IMG/VR virus record: IMGVR_UViG_2563366822_000012
Coordinates: 1-27,206 of that record
From: a virus
Taxonomy: Duplodnaviria; Heunggongvirae; Uroviricota; Caudoviricetes
Strand: one strand, 5' to 3'
DNA length: 27,206 nucleotides
Below the pieces are notes generated by a model. The model had not been told where the DNA came from. It did no database searches and saw only the letters and a program-made list of their open reading frames with translations. The position numbers were made by a program, and so were the translations under genes. Positions 1 to 9,774 of the stretch are shown piece by piece. How positions within the stretch are numbered: position 1 is the first letter of the stretch; every line of letters starts with the position of its first letter.

Positions 1-933
1 ATGGACAACGACAAAATTGATCAACACAGCGACGAAATTGAAGTTGAGAGCGAAGAAAAAGAGCGCGGCAAAAAAATAGAAATAGATGAAGACCGACTCC
101 CCTCCCGGGCGATGGCAATTCATGAGCATATCCGCCAGGATGGTGAAAAAGAGCTGGAACGCGACGCAATGGCGCTACTGTGGTCAGCCATTGCGGCGGG
201 TCTGTCGATGGGCGCTTCGCTACTGGCAAAAGGGATATTTCATGTCGAACTGGAAGGAGTGCCAGGCAGCTTCTTACTGGAGAATCTCGGTTATACCTTT
301 GGTTTTATTATCGTCATTATGGCCCGCCAGCAATTATTTACCGAAAACACCGTGACTGCGGTACTACCCGTCATGCAAAAACCGACAATGAGCAACGTCG
401 GCTTACTTATGCGATTATGGGGCGTCGTGCTGCTGGGTAATATTCTCGGGACAGGTATTGCTGCATGGGCATTTGAATATATGCCTATCTTCAATGAAGA
501 AACTCGCGATGCATTTGTCAAAATCGGCATGGATGTGATGAAGAACACCCCCAGCGAGATGTTTGCCAACGCGATCATTTCCGGCTGGCTGATCGCCACT
601 ATGGTTTGGATGTTTCCTGCAGCGGGTGCGGCAAAGATTGTGGTGATTATTTTGATGACCTGGCTTATTGCACTGGGTGACACCACCCACATCGTTGTCG
701 GTTCTGTTGAAATCCTCTATCTGGTGTTTAACGGCACGCTGCACTGGAGCGATTTCATCTGGCCCTTCGCACTACCTACTTTAGCGGGGAACATCTGCGG
801 CGGCACCTTTATCTTCGCGTTAATGAGTCATGCACAGATTCGTAACGACATGAGCAACAAGCGTAAAGCAGAAGCACGCCAAAAAGCAGAACGTGCGGAA
901 AACATTAAGAAAAATGATAAAAACCCAGCATAA
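1..933 (+). CDS. yfdC: YfdC-like inner membrane protein (formate/nitrite transporter family); host chromosomal gene flanking the prophage
   Basis: ATG at position 1, 310-aa ORF with several long hydrophobic segments; recognised from memory as E. coli YfdC, which sits beside argW. Not verified by alignment. Confidence 0.85.
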   Translation: MDNDKIDQHSDEIEVESEEKERGKKIEIDEDRLPSRAMAIHEHIRQDGEKELERDAMALLWSAIAAGLSMGASLLAKGIFHVELEGVPGSFLLENLGYTFGFIIVIMARQQLFTENTVTAVLPVMQKPTMSNVGLLMRLWGVVLLGNILGTGIAAWAFEYMPIFNEETRDAFVKIGMDVMKNTPSEMFANAIISGWLIATMVWMFPAAGAAKIVVIILMTWLIALGDTTHIVVGSVEILYLVFNGTLHWSDFIWPFALPTLAGNICGGTFIFALMSHAQIRNDMSNKRKAEARQKAERAENIKKNDKNPA

Positions 934-1008
934 ATGGCGAGGGTTTAAGCAATCGAGCGGCAGCGTACTTACCCCGCAGTCCATTAGCGGGTATACTCAT
1001 GCCGCATT

Positions 1009-1083
1009 GTCCTCTTAGTTAAATGGATATAACGAGCCCCTCCTAAGGGCTAATTGCAGGTTCGATTCCTGCAGGGGACACCA
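1009..1083 (+). tRNA. argW: tRNA-Arg (anticodon CCU); phage attachment target
   Basis: 75-nt sequence GTCCTCTTAGTTAAATGGATATAACGAGCCCCTCCTAAGGGCTAATTGCAGGTTCGATTCCTGCAGGGGACACCA: acceptor stem, D-arm, anticodon loop CT-CCT-AA, T-arm GGTTCGATTCC and 3' CCA are all visible; matches my memory of E. coli argW. Confidence 0.9.
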
Positions 1084-1244
1084 TTTATCAGTTCGCTCCC
1101 ATTCGTACCAGTCCGCAAAATCCCCTGAATATCAAGCCTTCCGTAGATTCACAGTTCGTCATGGTTCGCGTCAGATCGTTGACAGCCGCACTCCATGACG
1201 GGTAAAAAGTGGATAAAATAATTTTACCCACCGGATTTTTACCC

Positions 1245-2402
1245 ATGCTCACCGTTAAGCAGATTGAAGCAGCAAAGCCGAAAGAAAAACCATACCGCCT
1301 TCTCGATGGTAATGGCCTGTACCTTTATGTCCCTGTGTCAGGGAAAAAGGTATGGCAGCTTCGCTACAAGATTGACGGTAAGGAGAAAATCCTGACCGTC
1401 GGAAAATATCCGCTAATGACTTTGCAGGAGGCAAGAGATAAAGCATGGACCGCGAGGAAAGACATCTCGGTTGGCATCGATCCGGTAAAAGCGAAAAAGG
1501 CTTCGTCTAACAACAATTCCTTTAGTGCGATTTACAAGGAATGGTACGAGCACAAGAAGCAAGTCTGGTCAGTAGGCTATGCAACTGAACTTTCAAAAAT
1601 GTTTGATGACGACATTTTACCTATCATCGGCGGCCTTGAAATTCAGGATATTGAGCCGATGCAACTGCTGGAAGTAATCCGCAGATTTGAAGATCGCGGT
1701 GCAATGGAGCGAGCAAATAAAGCCCGCAGAAGATGCGGCGAGGTTTTCCGTTACGCTATTGTCACTGGTAGGGCTAAATATAATCCGGCACCTGACCTTG
1801 CTGACGCCATGAAGGGATACCGTAAGAAGAACTTCCCGTTCCTTCCTGCAGACCAGATCCCGGAATTCAACAAAGCACTGGCAACATTTTCAGGAAGTAT
1901 CGTATCGCTCATTGCCACCAAAGTTTTACGCTACACAGCCCTAAGAACGAAAGAGCTTCGTTCCATGCAATGGAAGAACGTCGATTTTGAAAACAGGATT
2001 ATCACTATCGACGCCAGTGTGATGAAGGGACGCAAGATTCATGTTGTCCCGATGTCGGACCAGGTGGTTGAACTTCTCACTACGCTAAGCTCCATCACCA
2101 AACCAGTATCAGAGTTTGTTTTTGCCGGGCGCAACGATAAGAAGAAGCCAATCTGCGAGAACGCGGTATTGCTTGTGATCAAACAAATCGGCTATGAGGG
2201 TCTGGAAAGCGGTCACGGATTCAGGCATGAATTCAGCACGATTATGAACGAGAACGAATGGCCTGCTGATGCTATTGAAGTGCAACTGGCACATGCCAAC
2301 GGCGGATCTGTGCGCGGGATTTACAACCATGCTCAGTATCTCGATAAGCGCAGAGAAATGATGCAATGGTGGGCGGATTGGATCGATGAAAAGGTGGTGT
2401 GA
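1245..2402 (+). CDS. intS: Phage integrase, tyrosine recombinase (P4-type), 385 aa
   Basis: Directly downstream of the tRNA. The ORF track begins at a GTG (1209), but ATG 1245 (MLTVKQIEAAKPKEKPYRLLDGNGLYLYV...) gives the canonical P4-type integrase N-terminus. The C-terminal part contains the expected catalytic-type residues (…HGFRHEF…, …RGIYNHAQYL…). Resembles CPS-53 IntS from memory. Confidence 0.9.
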   Translation: MLTVKQIEAAKPKEKPYRLLDGNGLYLYVPVSGKKVWQLRYKIDGKEKILTVGKYPLMTLQEARDKAWTARKDISVGIDPVKAKKASSNNNSFSAIYKEWYEHKKQVWSVGYATELSKMFDDDILPIIGGLEIQDIEPMQLLEVIRRFEDRGAMERANKARRRCGEVFRYAIVTGRAKYNPAPDLADAMKGYRKKNFPFLPADQIPEFNKALATFSGSIVSLIATKVLRYTALRTKELRSMQWKNVDFENRIITIDASVMKGRKIHVVPMSDQVVELLTTLSSITKPVSEFVFAGRNDKKKPICENAVLLVIKQIGYEGLESGHGFRHEFSTIMNENEWPADAIEVQLAHANGGSVRGIYNHAQYLDKRREMMQWWADWIDEKVV

Positions 2403-2595
2403 TCCACCTATATCGCCGTACAATTATCCAACTCACATAATATGGCGAGAGTAAAGCCTTTAGGTTGGTTGTTTTTTTGGGTTTATTCATATAATATTCT
2501 ATATGTACGACAATTAAATTTATCTAATATTTAATTGCAATTTAAAAAATAACAAACTCACATTATACACTATAAAACAACATAAGGATTATGAC

Positions 2596-3183
2596 ATGTT
2601 GGTAGATAAGATATTGCACAAAACTGGATTATTTGACTTTCTGGACAAAATTTTAATAACCCGTCCTTTCGCTATTGTATCCAATAACTGCTGGGGCTAT
2701 AGACTATATAAAAATATAGGGCTTGAATATAATACTCCCTTTATCGGCCTGTACATCACAGCATCTGATTTTGTTGAAATGTGTATTAATTTGGAGCATT
2801 TTTTATCAAGAGACATTGTTGAAAGCGATTTCATTAATACAGAGCATAATTTCCCCGTTGCATTTGTGGATGGAGTAAAAATATACTTTATGCATTATAA
2901 CTCAAGGGCAGAAGCCATGGATAAATGGAATAGAAGAATAAAAAGACTTCAATCTTTTATATCATCACATGGCCTTGATAGAGTTGTTTTTAAAATGTGT
3001 GATAGAGATGGAAGTTACATGGATGTAATGAAATTTAATGAGTTAAAAATAAAAAGAACGATATCTTTCACCTCGAAAGAAAACAAAGGACTCGTTGAGA
3101 GCAATGGTAATATTTACCCGGGAGATGTATTGTTCAACTTCAGACACAGATATTATCTCAAGTATATCAAAACATTTAGATAA
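2596..3183 (+). CDS. Hypothetical cytoplasmic protein, 195 aa; low-GC cargo gene; possible DUF1919-like polysaccharide-modification protein (tentative)
   Basis: ATG 2596 preceded by AAGGA about 9 nt upstream. Visibly AT-rich compared with neighbours, with an AT-rich upstream region 2460-2590. N-terminal motif FAIVSNNCWGYRLY resembles what I recall as the DUF1919 signature. No transmembrane segments. Confidence 0.7.
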   Translation: MLVDKILHKTGLFDFLDKILITRPFAIVSNNCWGYRLYKNIGLEYNTPFIGLYITASDFVEMCINLEHFLSRDIVESDFINTEHNFPVAFVDGVKIYFMHYNSRAEAMDKWNRRIKRLQSFISSHGLDRVVFKMCDRDGSYMDVMKFNELKIKRTISFTSKENKGLVESNGNIYPGDVLFNFRHRYYLKYIKTFR

Positions 3184-3584
3184 CCACTCGACAAGAATAT
3201 CTAAAGGAAATTATCAGTAGTATTAAAGATTTAGTGTCATTCAGGTAAAAGACTTAAAAAAGAATGACACTTGTCTCAATCCTTTAGTTTCGATAAAGCA
3301 ATCTGGTCCAACCTAACTCTCACGAGTAAAGATAGTATCTCGACACTATCGAGTCAGGTGTCTGGAAATTCAGAAAGATGACCAAAGCAAAATATGCCTT
3401 CCAGAATGTGAAGGCAGTCTATTGAAGCTACTTACTGATGAATATGCAAGAAAGATAGCCAATGGCACTTCAAAGCTGAAATTTAACATTGTCGTAATTA
3501 GTCATTTACTTTGAAGAATGACTGAATAATGTGATGAATCTGCAGAATTTTTAACGTGGCATAACATTCTGAATGCCTTCGATA

Positions 3585-3752
3585 TCAACTGGCTGCCACC
3601 TCCGGTGGAGGCGTAAATTCGCCGTTACTGTATGTATAGCCCTGCTGAATGTCAGCGGGGCATTCAACCCAGATTAACGAGGGATGAAATCTATCGGTCG
3701 GGTCAATATCAGTTAATTCCATTACCACATTGTTTTCAATTCGTGCCCACAT
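3585..3752 (-). CDS. Short ORF (55 aa) immediately downstream of the tail fibre gene; possible truncated tail-fibre assembly or accessory protein remnant
   Basis: ATG at 3752-3750 (MWARIENNVVMELTDIDPTDRFHPSLIWVECPADIQQGYTYSNGEFTPPPEVAAS), stop at 3587-3585. Below the ORF-track size cutoff. Call is positional only; related argW prophages carry a tfa pseudogene here. Confidence 0.3.
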   Translation of the reverse strand: MWARIENNVVMELTDIDPTDRFHPSLIWVECPADIQQGYTYSNGEFTPPPEVAAS

Positions 3753-3759
3753 AATTACC

Positions 3760-4683
3760 TCACCAATAAATAATCACAATCCCACTATATCCAGCACCGG
3801 TAACTCCGCCTGCCTTTTCCGTCGCTAACCCTGCACCACCGCCACCAGGGCCTTTTGCGCCTTTGGCAACATTCTCCGCTGAGCCTAAAACCTGTCCATT
3901 CCCGCCAGGACCGCCGCCACTACCTCCGACAGCCGAATTACCCCTTGATATCATTGATGCACCGGGAGAGCCAGGACCAAGAGACGTATTTATCTGTCCC
4001 CCAATACCTTCTCCCCCCGCTCCTCCGGATATCTGCCCGCCGCCATCCCCACCTGTTGCCGAGAGATATGTGCCAAAACTACTGGTTCCTCCCTGACGTC
4101 CGTTACTGGCTGACGTATTTTGACCTGTTCCGCCAGAGCCGACAGTGATTGTGACGGTGCTGATACCAGTTAAGTCAATAACGGATTCACTTACTCCGCC
4201 ACCGCCACCACCACCGCCGCCGGCAGGGTTCGTTGTGTTTATTGCGGGATAACCGCCAGACCCGCCACCGCCGATAACCTTCACCCTGACGCGTCGGCCC
4301 TTTTTCACTATATCGGGGACATTCCATGTGCTGACGCCAGCTTTATCAAATACAACACAATTCTGAGCGCCGAATGTCGATTCTCCCAAACCAAGGTTTT
4401 CGAGAGCTGTTTTCACCGTGCCATCCGATTTGATATCGCTAAATGGATTTTTGCGGCTTAACAGCAGAGCACGAAGCGCGGTAAGCAGCTGGTCGTGCCG
4501 CTCCTTCTCCAGGCTGGCACCGGATGCCTCCACCACGCTGCAAAGCTCCTCCTGCAACATGTCAAAGTAGTCATCATCCAGATCGGTGGCAGGCGTGCCA
4601 GTCTGGGGGTTACCACGGGTAAAACCGTTCTTACCCGCGCCGAACTTATCCTTCTGCGCGGTTTTCGTGTCTATACGATGCAT
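3760..4683 (-). CDS. Tail fibre protein with conserved N-terminal fibre domain and glycine-rich low-complexity C-terminal region, 307 aa
   Basis: N-terminus [10 protein letters not shown]...[26 protein letters not shown] resembles the conserved N-domain of enterobacterial side tail fibres. The C-terminal two-thirds is poly-Gly/Ser rich (GGGGGGGGG runs). Last gene of the tail operon. Confidence 0.8.
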   Translation of the reverse strand: MHRIDTKTAQKDKFGAGKNGFTRGNPQTGTPATDLDDDYFDMLQEELCSVVEASGASLEKERHDQLLTALRALLLSRKNPFSDIKSDGTVKTALENLGLGESTFGAQNCVVFDKAGVSTWNVPDIVKKGRRVRVKVIGGGGSGGYPAINTTNPAGGGGGGGGGVSESVIDLTGISTVTITVGSGGTGQNTSASNGRQGGTSSFGTYLSATGGDGGGQISGGAGGEGIGGQINTSLGPGSPGASMISRGNSAVGGSGGGPGGNGQVLGSAENVAKGAKGPGGGGAGLATEKAGGVTGAGYSGIVIIYW

Positions 4684-4686
4684 GGA

Positions 4687-5271
4687 TTACTCCGGATATT
4701 TAAAAATTACGTAGGTATGCGACGGGCAGAGTTTGTTAAGCACACACTCGACAACGGTGTCGCCCCAGATACGCAGTGCGGAATCACAGGGATCGCCACA
4801 TGTCATCCAGGTGGTGTTGGTGGTGGTTGGCATGTTGACCTGCCAGTAATACCGCCATTCCGGCGCATTCACCGCGTCAGTACAGGCCGATGAGCAGGTG
4901 AACGTGCTTTTGTCGTATCGCGTGATGGTGGCATCTGGTCTGCCCAGGGCAGCAAGCTGTGCAAGATAAAAATCCTCGTTGATGCCGCCCGCCAGGTTAA
5001 CCTTCGCATCCAGCCGTTGCTGACGCTGGCGAAGGGTCTGCGTTCCCGCCGGAATACATTCATCCGGCAGACCGCACAGACGCTCCCAGCGGTTTATCAG
5101 TTCAGTGGTGGTGCGCGGATCCAGCTCCCGCATCAGGGCATCCGCACGCTGATGAACGCGGGTTAATGACGGTGCCGCACCGGCAATCGCCGGATCGCTG
5201 ACTGACCACGCCGGACCGGGCGGCAACAGTGCCGACAACAGACGGATATAATCATCGTTTGTCACGTCCAT
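4687..5271 (-). CDS. Tail/baseplate protein, Mu gp48-like (YmfQ/DUF2313-like)
   Basis: 194-aa ORF tightly coupled between the baseplate J-like gene and the tail fibre gene; family assignment from memory. Confidence 0.75.
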   Translation of the reverse strand: MDVTNDDYIRLLSALLPPGPAWSVSDPAIAGAAPSLTRVHQRADALMRELDPRTTTELINRWERLCGLPDECIPAGTQTLRQRQQRLDAKVNLAGGINEDFYLAQLAALGRPDATITRYDKSTFTCSSACTDAVNAPEWRYYWQVNMPTTTNTTWMTCGDPCDSALRIWGDTVVECVLNKLCPSHTYVIFKYPE

Positions 5272-6320
5272 GAAATCGTCCCCAGAACCGCCAGCTCATT
5301 TTTTGCAATGGAGATATTGTCCGCCGGTGCAAGCAACTGATGGCTGTATTCCCCGTTCGCACCGGAAATCGCCTCACTGATACGCGACACCTTCAGTTCT
5401 CCCTGCGGATAACCATCACGCAGCAGGAACGAACGCAACTCGGCGGTGATGGCAGCCCGTATTTCCGGTGTGTCCGGCGTCACGCGGATATGAAAATCCA
5501 CTTTATGCGCCACCGGCCTGAATACATACAAATCAGAGCCTGCCACCGGGGCCAGTGGCTCAATGTGTTGTCTTGCCGCCGTTTCCGTTGATTCTTCCGG
5601 AATGGGATTAATCAGGTCACTGCTGGCAATCATCACACCGACAGTTCCCGTTCCCATCCAGTGACGGTATGTCCATGCGCGGGTAATGCCGGGCACTTCT
5701 TTAGCCCAGACGACATAGTCCCCGTCAGCCCCGCCCTGAGGCGTCCAGTAATACCGCTCAATGACGCGGGCGCGCCACGTTTCCAGCTCTTCAGTATCAA
5801 ATCCGCCTGTAAGGGTGTCAGCCACACCGGAAGACGGCAGACCATTCACCGGCGTGACCAGGATTAATGCCGTACCGTCGTCAGCGTTACCGACCGCACC
5901 TGCACTTGAGCAGGCGATCGGCACGCGCAGGACACCACCGGAGCTGGTTGCATCGTCAGTTGTCGTGTACTGCACCAGGTCATCGCGCTGAATAACACTC
6001 CCGGCGGTCACCTTCAGGCCATCGCTGACACCTTCCCAGCGCATATACCCGCTGGCAGCCGTGGCCCCCTTGCGCGGACACCGTTTCATCGCAGCATGTC
6101 GCGCCAGCCAGGACTCATCGCACAGGTCAGGCAGCATGTTCATTGCCAGATAATCGATGTAACCGTAAACCGTATGCAGCGCCGCCGCATACACCTTTGC
6201 CCGCACGTCTTCATCCATGCGCCGGAGCGTGTCGCTGACGTCCAGCCTGGCGAATAAATCGTTACGGAGCATACTGATATTTTCTGCCAGCGTCGGGCGC
6301 TGAAATTCACTGTCCGCCAT
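5262..6320 (-). CDS. Baseplate J-like protein (Mu gp47-like)
   Basis: 352-aa ORF in the conserved Mu-type baseplate order; overlaps neighbours by a few nt (translational coupling). Confidence 0.85.
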   Translation of the reverse strand: MADSEFQRPTLAENISMLRNDLFARLDVSDTLRRMDEDVRAKVYAAALHTVYGYIDYLAMNMLPDLCDESWLARHAAMKRCPRKGATAASGYMRWEGVSDGLKVTAGSVIQRDDLVQYTTTDDATSSGGVLRVPIACSSAGAVGNADDGTALILVTPVNGLPSSGVADTLTGGFDTEELETWRARVIERYYWTPQGGADGDYVVWAKEVPGITRAWTYRHWMGTGTVGVMIASSDLINPIPEESTETAARQHIEPLAPVAGSDLYVFRPVAHKVDFHIRVTPDTPEIRAAITAELRSFLLRDGYPQGELKVSRISEAISGANGEYSHQLLAPADNISIAKNELAVLGTISWT

Positions 6321-6735
6321 GCGTTATCGCACTCCACAGATCATCAAAAGAAATCATTACCGGTCCGTCACGACGCCAGAGAGTGATACTGTTACCCAGT
6401 TCATTAATCCCGGTGCGGCGGATATCCAGATCAATACGGGACACCACGCCATCATCAATCATCCATTGCAGGCATTCGCGGATATACCCCCTTACCGTCT
6501 GCACCAGCTGATTGGTCAGTTTGCTGCGCTGAAGCAGCCACAGTCGGGAGCCGTAACGGTCATTCTGTACCGCAGGCCAGGTATCCCCCCACCATCCCAT
6601 CGGGACGTCGGCGTTGTCATCAGGCTCCGCCCGCCGCCAGGTAAACAGGGAAATCACCACGGCGCGGGTCAGCGGATCCAGCGGTGCGCTGGCGCAGGTG
6701 CGTTTACCGTTCACCGTCAGCCACAGTTCCATCAT
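6307..6735 (-). CDS. Phage GP46-family baseplate protein (Mu gp46-like)
   Basis: 142-aa ORF between the spike gene and baseplate J; size and position as in Mu-like tails. Confidence 0.8.
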   Translation of the reverse strand: MMELWLTVNGKRTCASAPLDPLTRAVVISLFTWRRAEPDDNADVPMGWWGDTWPAVQNDRYGSRLWLLQRSKLTNQLVQTVRGYIRECLQWMIDDGVVSRIDLDIRRTGINELGNSITLWRRDGPVMISFDDLWSAITHGGQ

Positions 6736-7280
6736 GCCTCCATCGCTTTATCCGGTTTGTCGGTGTTACTGCCCTGACCGTTCTCTCTGTGACGATGCCC
6801 GTTATAGGCAAGCCGCATCGCTGACATGGTGGTGCCGCCGGAGTCGCACAGGTCTTTCACCTGTCCTGTCACTTCCAGGTCCATTTCAAAACGTGCTTTA
6901 GGTGAATTGCGAAACGTGATCGTTTTACCTGCACCGTCCACCACGATCCCCTCCCGGGTCAGCGTCACGGACTGCCCCTGATCGTCATAGACAGCCACCT
7001 CACCCGTCTGCAGCCCTTTCAGGCGGTAGCGCCGGTCCGACACCGTAACAACCACCGCATGAGAACGGTCGCCATCCGGAAACAACACCACCGCTTCCGC
7101 ACCGCTGTTTGCCCTTGCGGTAAAACCGTAGGGTTCAAGATGTTCAACCCCGGCTTTGGGTTCACCGGCAATCAGGGACACATCCACGGTCTGACATTTC
7201 GTGGCGGCACTGATGCTTTTCACCACGGCCCGCCCAATCAGGCCGAGGAGTTGTCGCTGCATGGCTTCAATCGTCCTCAT
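6732..7280 (-). CDS. Baseplate assembly protein V / central spike (Mu gp45-like)
   Basis: 182-aa ORF; middle region (…VSDRRYRLKGLQTGEVAVYDDQGQSVTLTREGIVVDG…) looks like an OB-fold spike; position after the hub gene. Confidence 0.8.
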   Translation of the reverse strand: MRTIEAMQRQLLGLIGRAVVKSISAATKCQTVDVSLIAGEPKAGVEHLEPYGFTARANSGAEAVVLFPDGDRSHAVVVTVSDRRYRLKGLQTGEVAVYDDQGQSVTLTREGIVVDGAGKTITFRNSPKARFEMDLEVTGQVKDLCDSGGTTMSAMRLAYNGHRHRENGQGSNTDKPDKAMEA

Positions 7281-8359
7281 CAGAACGGGTCCTCCTGTAC
7301 TCTGGCTTTTTTCTTTTTCCGCACGCCGGGGGCTTCGGGTTCAGGCAGATAAGCATCAGGTGGGCCGACACGGATTTCCGTCAGGGTGCCGTTCTGGTCC
7401 TGGGTAAACGTGACTTCCGAGACAAGCAGTTCGGTATTGTCGAAACCACAGACCGGATCGAAGACAATCACCCGCTGGTTGGGCTGCCACAGCGTACCGT
7501 TACCCTGTCGCCAGCCCTGCACCACATAGGTGGTTTCATCCGTCCGCGCCGCCCGTTGTCGGGCTTCAAAGTCAGCACGCGCAATACAGCCTGCCCCCGT
7601 GGCCTGCCCTGTCTGCCTGATATACATCGGACGGTAACGGGCAATAAATGCGTCCTCTGTGCGGGCCCGCAGCGCGGTGGTGGTGGCCTCACCGAAATCA
7701 TCGTCGTTTCCGGCACGCTGCCCCGCCACCTGGTAAACAGAAAACCGCTCCCGGATACTCTTCTCCGTATCGCAGGAAAGGATGTTTTCCCCGAGTACCA
7801 GCGCAGTATGTGCCCGCGTTGAGCCAATACCGCCAATCACCAGCCTGCCGTGCGGGTCGTCGTAAGCCAGTGCCTGCTGCTGACCGAGTATTTTGTTGAT
7901 TACCTCAATCACCGTTTCACCGTGATCAGGCTGAACATCAGGAATAACACCCGACGGCGCACCGCTGTTCACCACCTCAATGCCGAAAGGCGCAGCAAGC
8001 GCCTGCGCAATCTGCACCAGCGAGCGTCCGTTAAACTGTGTCGGTTCGGCTGCACAGTCAATCAGGTCAGCCGTCAGACTGCGTCCGGCAATACCGGTGC
8101 TGACCGAACGGGCATCGTAACGAACGGGAGTCGCCTCCACCCAGCCGGTGATCACCAGCTCATCACCAATCAGCACTTCCACTTTTGAACCGTTTTTAAT
8201 GCGCGGCTGAAGCGTGGTGATACCCTCATCTCCCGGCCACTGGCGGGTGATCTCCACACTGAAATCCCGCGCCAGTCGTTCAACACCGGCACCGATGCGC
8301 ACCGATGTCCAGCCATTCCACTCCCGGCCATTTACCCGTAGCGTGACGTTATCGTTCAT
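7280..8359 (-). CDS. Baseplate hub / tail protein (Mu gpP/gp44-like, phage late control D family)
   Basis: 359-aa ORF following the DNA-circulation gene, in the order expected for Mu-like tails; overlaps both neighbours by 1-4 nt. Confidence 0.8.
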   Translation of the reverse strand: MNDNVTLRVNGREWNGWTSVRIGAGVERLARDFSVEITRQWPGDEGITTLQPRIKNGSKVEVLIGDELVITGWVEATPVRYDARSVSTGIAGRSLTADLIDCAAEPTQFNGRSLVQIAQALAAPFGIEVVNSGAPSGVIPDVQPDHGETVIEVINKILGQQQALAYDDPHGRLVIGGIGSTRAHTALVLGENILSCDTEKSIRERFSVYQVAGQRAGNDDDFGEATTTALRARTEDAFIARYRPMYIRQTGQATGAGCIARADFEARQRAARTDETTYVVQGWRQGNGTLWQPNQRVIVFDPVCGFDNTELLVSEVTFTQDQNGTLTEIRVGPPDAYLPEPEAPGVRKKKKARVQEDPF

Positions 8360-9684
8360 TGCACTGGCACCTTCAGAGGGATCACCGGCACAAAGCCGGG
8401 ATGCGTAATGGCATTACGCCGGATAATGTCCGCGTCACGCGCCGCGTTATCAAACCAGGTCGCCGCCAGCACCAGCGCGGGTAAAACCTCATCCGGCGTG
8501 CGCTGAATGATCCGTGCAGACTGTTCAAGGCGCGTGTTGATATCCGCATTCAGATCTGCTTTCACCCGGCGCAGCGCCAGAAACAGCGCATCACTGGTTG
8601 TACGGGACAACTCCTTATCAATTGCCGTATTCAGTGTGTCGCGAATGTCAGTCAGTTCTTCCCACGTCGGCAGGTCAACTGTGTTTTTCACCGCCGGTGC
8701 ATTGTTCAGTGCCGGATGCGTGACGGAAGGCCAGCAAGTGCTCTGCGCAGGTGTTGTTGCCTGCCCCACTGCGGAATTCTGCATCACCGCGGAAGTTGTT
8801 GGCGCAGGCAATCGGGTGACGGCATACGCCGCTTCGCTGATTGCGGTCGTACGAAGGGTGCTGGCAACCACGTTACGCTGCTGCGTCGCCGTGGCGGTGG
8901 TTTTACTGTCCGTTTTCCAGACGCCGCGCGGTTGCAGATCGCTGCCGAGGCTGACACCGGAAAGCGTTTTGATCATGGTGACCAGGTCGCTGGCGTTACC
9001 ATAAAGGCGTTTCCCGGTACGCCACATTTTCTGCACCTGCTCAACGAAATTTTTGCCTGACGATGGCGGCGGCAGAAGTACCGAGATATCCCCCTGCAAC
9101 AGCCTGGCGGCATCCGATACGGCAGAATCCACCACTTTCATCGCATCAGAAACATACCCCAGCATTATGCTGGCATTACCGATAACGTCGTTCTGCACGA
9201 AATCCGCCACACCATCGATACTGAAACCGCTGAAGCTGTCACTGATGCAGTCATCCAGTGCAGAACAGGATGACATCAGCGTCTGCGCCGTCGCCGCACC
9301 TGATGTGGGGTAAGAGAGTTCTCCTGCTTCGACAAACTTCAGGTCAAAGCGGACAATACGCCCTTCACTTTTCGATGTGCTGACCCGAACTTCCCCGTCA
9401 ACACAGACTTTCAGCTCACCATATGTCGGGTGGACAAGCGTGCCGGGACCGGGTTTATTCAGCGCTTCAATCAGGCGATCGCGCTGGTCAAAGCAGTCAT
9501 CTCCCACCACATAAGCTGTGATGGACGGGCGGAAAGTGACTTTTCCCAGATCTTCGGTATAGGGCTTGTCGCGGTTCGGGTATTCATGTGTTTCCACACG
9601 GCGACCGGTTCCCGCACTTTCTTCTTCAACCTTAAACGGTACGCCGCGAAATGACGCATCCTGAAGCCTGTCTTTCCACGTCAT
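8356..9684 (-). CDS. DNA circularisation protein N-domain family tail protein (Mu gpN/gp43-like)
   Basis: 442-aa ORF; ATG 9684 with GGAG about 10 nt upstream; N-terminus MTWKDRLQDASFRGVPFKVEEES...HEYPNRD is typical of this family. Confidence 0.85.
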   Translation of the reverse strand: MTWKDRLQDASFRGVPFKVEEESAGTGRRVETHEYPNRDKPYTEDLGKVTFRPSITAYVVGDDCFDQRDRLIEALNKPGPGTLVHPTYGELKVCVDGEVRVSTSKSEGRIVRFDLKFVEAGELSYPTSGAATAQTLMSSCSALDDCISDSFSGFSIDGVADFVQNDVIGNASIMLGYVSDAMKVVDSAVSDAARLLQGDISVLLPPPSSGKNFVEQVQKMWRTGKRLYGNASDLVTMIKTLSGVSLGSDLQPRGVWKTDSKTTATATQQRNVVASTLRTTAISEAAYAVTRLPAPTTSAVMQNSAVGQATTPAQSTCWPSVTHPALNNAPAVKNTVDLPTWEELTDIRDTLNTAIDKELSRTTSDALFLALRRVKADLNADINTRLEQSARIIQRTPDEVLPALVLAATWFDNAARDADIIRRNAITHPGFVPVIPLKVPVQ

Positions 9685-9774
9685 ATAAACTCCGGATACA
9701 AAAAACCCGCCAAATCTGCTTTGTCAGTTATTTACATCGCAGAAGATGTGGCGGGAACCTAATATTTTTAATTA

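Noticed and set aside
86-744. Several overlapping ORFs on both strands inside yfdC
   Set aside because: Alternative-frame artefacts within a gene whose main frame is complete (310 aa).
1209-1244. GTG-initiated 12-codon extension of the integrase
   Set aside because: ATG 1245 gives the canonical integrase N-terminus and the expected 385-aa length; the extension runs into the tRNA-proximal spacer.
1084-3760. Calling the region a copy of the K-12 CPS-53 remnant (intS-gtrA-gtrB-gtrS)
   Set aside because: Only the integrase resembles CPS-53; no GtrA/GtrB-like ORFs are present (the single cargo ORF is soluble and unrelated), and full structural modules follow.
3855-4148. 97-aa and 77-aa plus-strand ORFs (one proline-rich)
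   Set aside because: Antisense to the glycine-rich tail-fibre coding region; Gly codons read in reverse give Pro-rich artefacts.
3790-4270. Repetitive GGN-rich DNA that could be mistaken for a repeat array or CRISPR
   Set aside because: It is in-frame coding low-complexity sequence (poly-Gly/Ser) of the tail fibre; no regular repeat-spacer periodicity.
8507-9313. Plus-strand ORFs of 165, 114 and 86 aa
   Set aside because: Antisense to the DNA-circulation protein gene; no RBS and Arg/Ala/Cys-rich artefactual composition.
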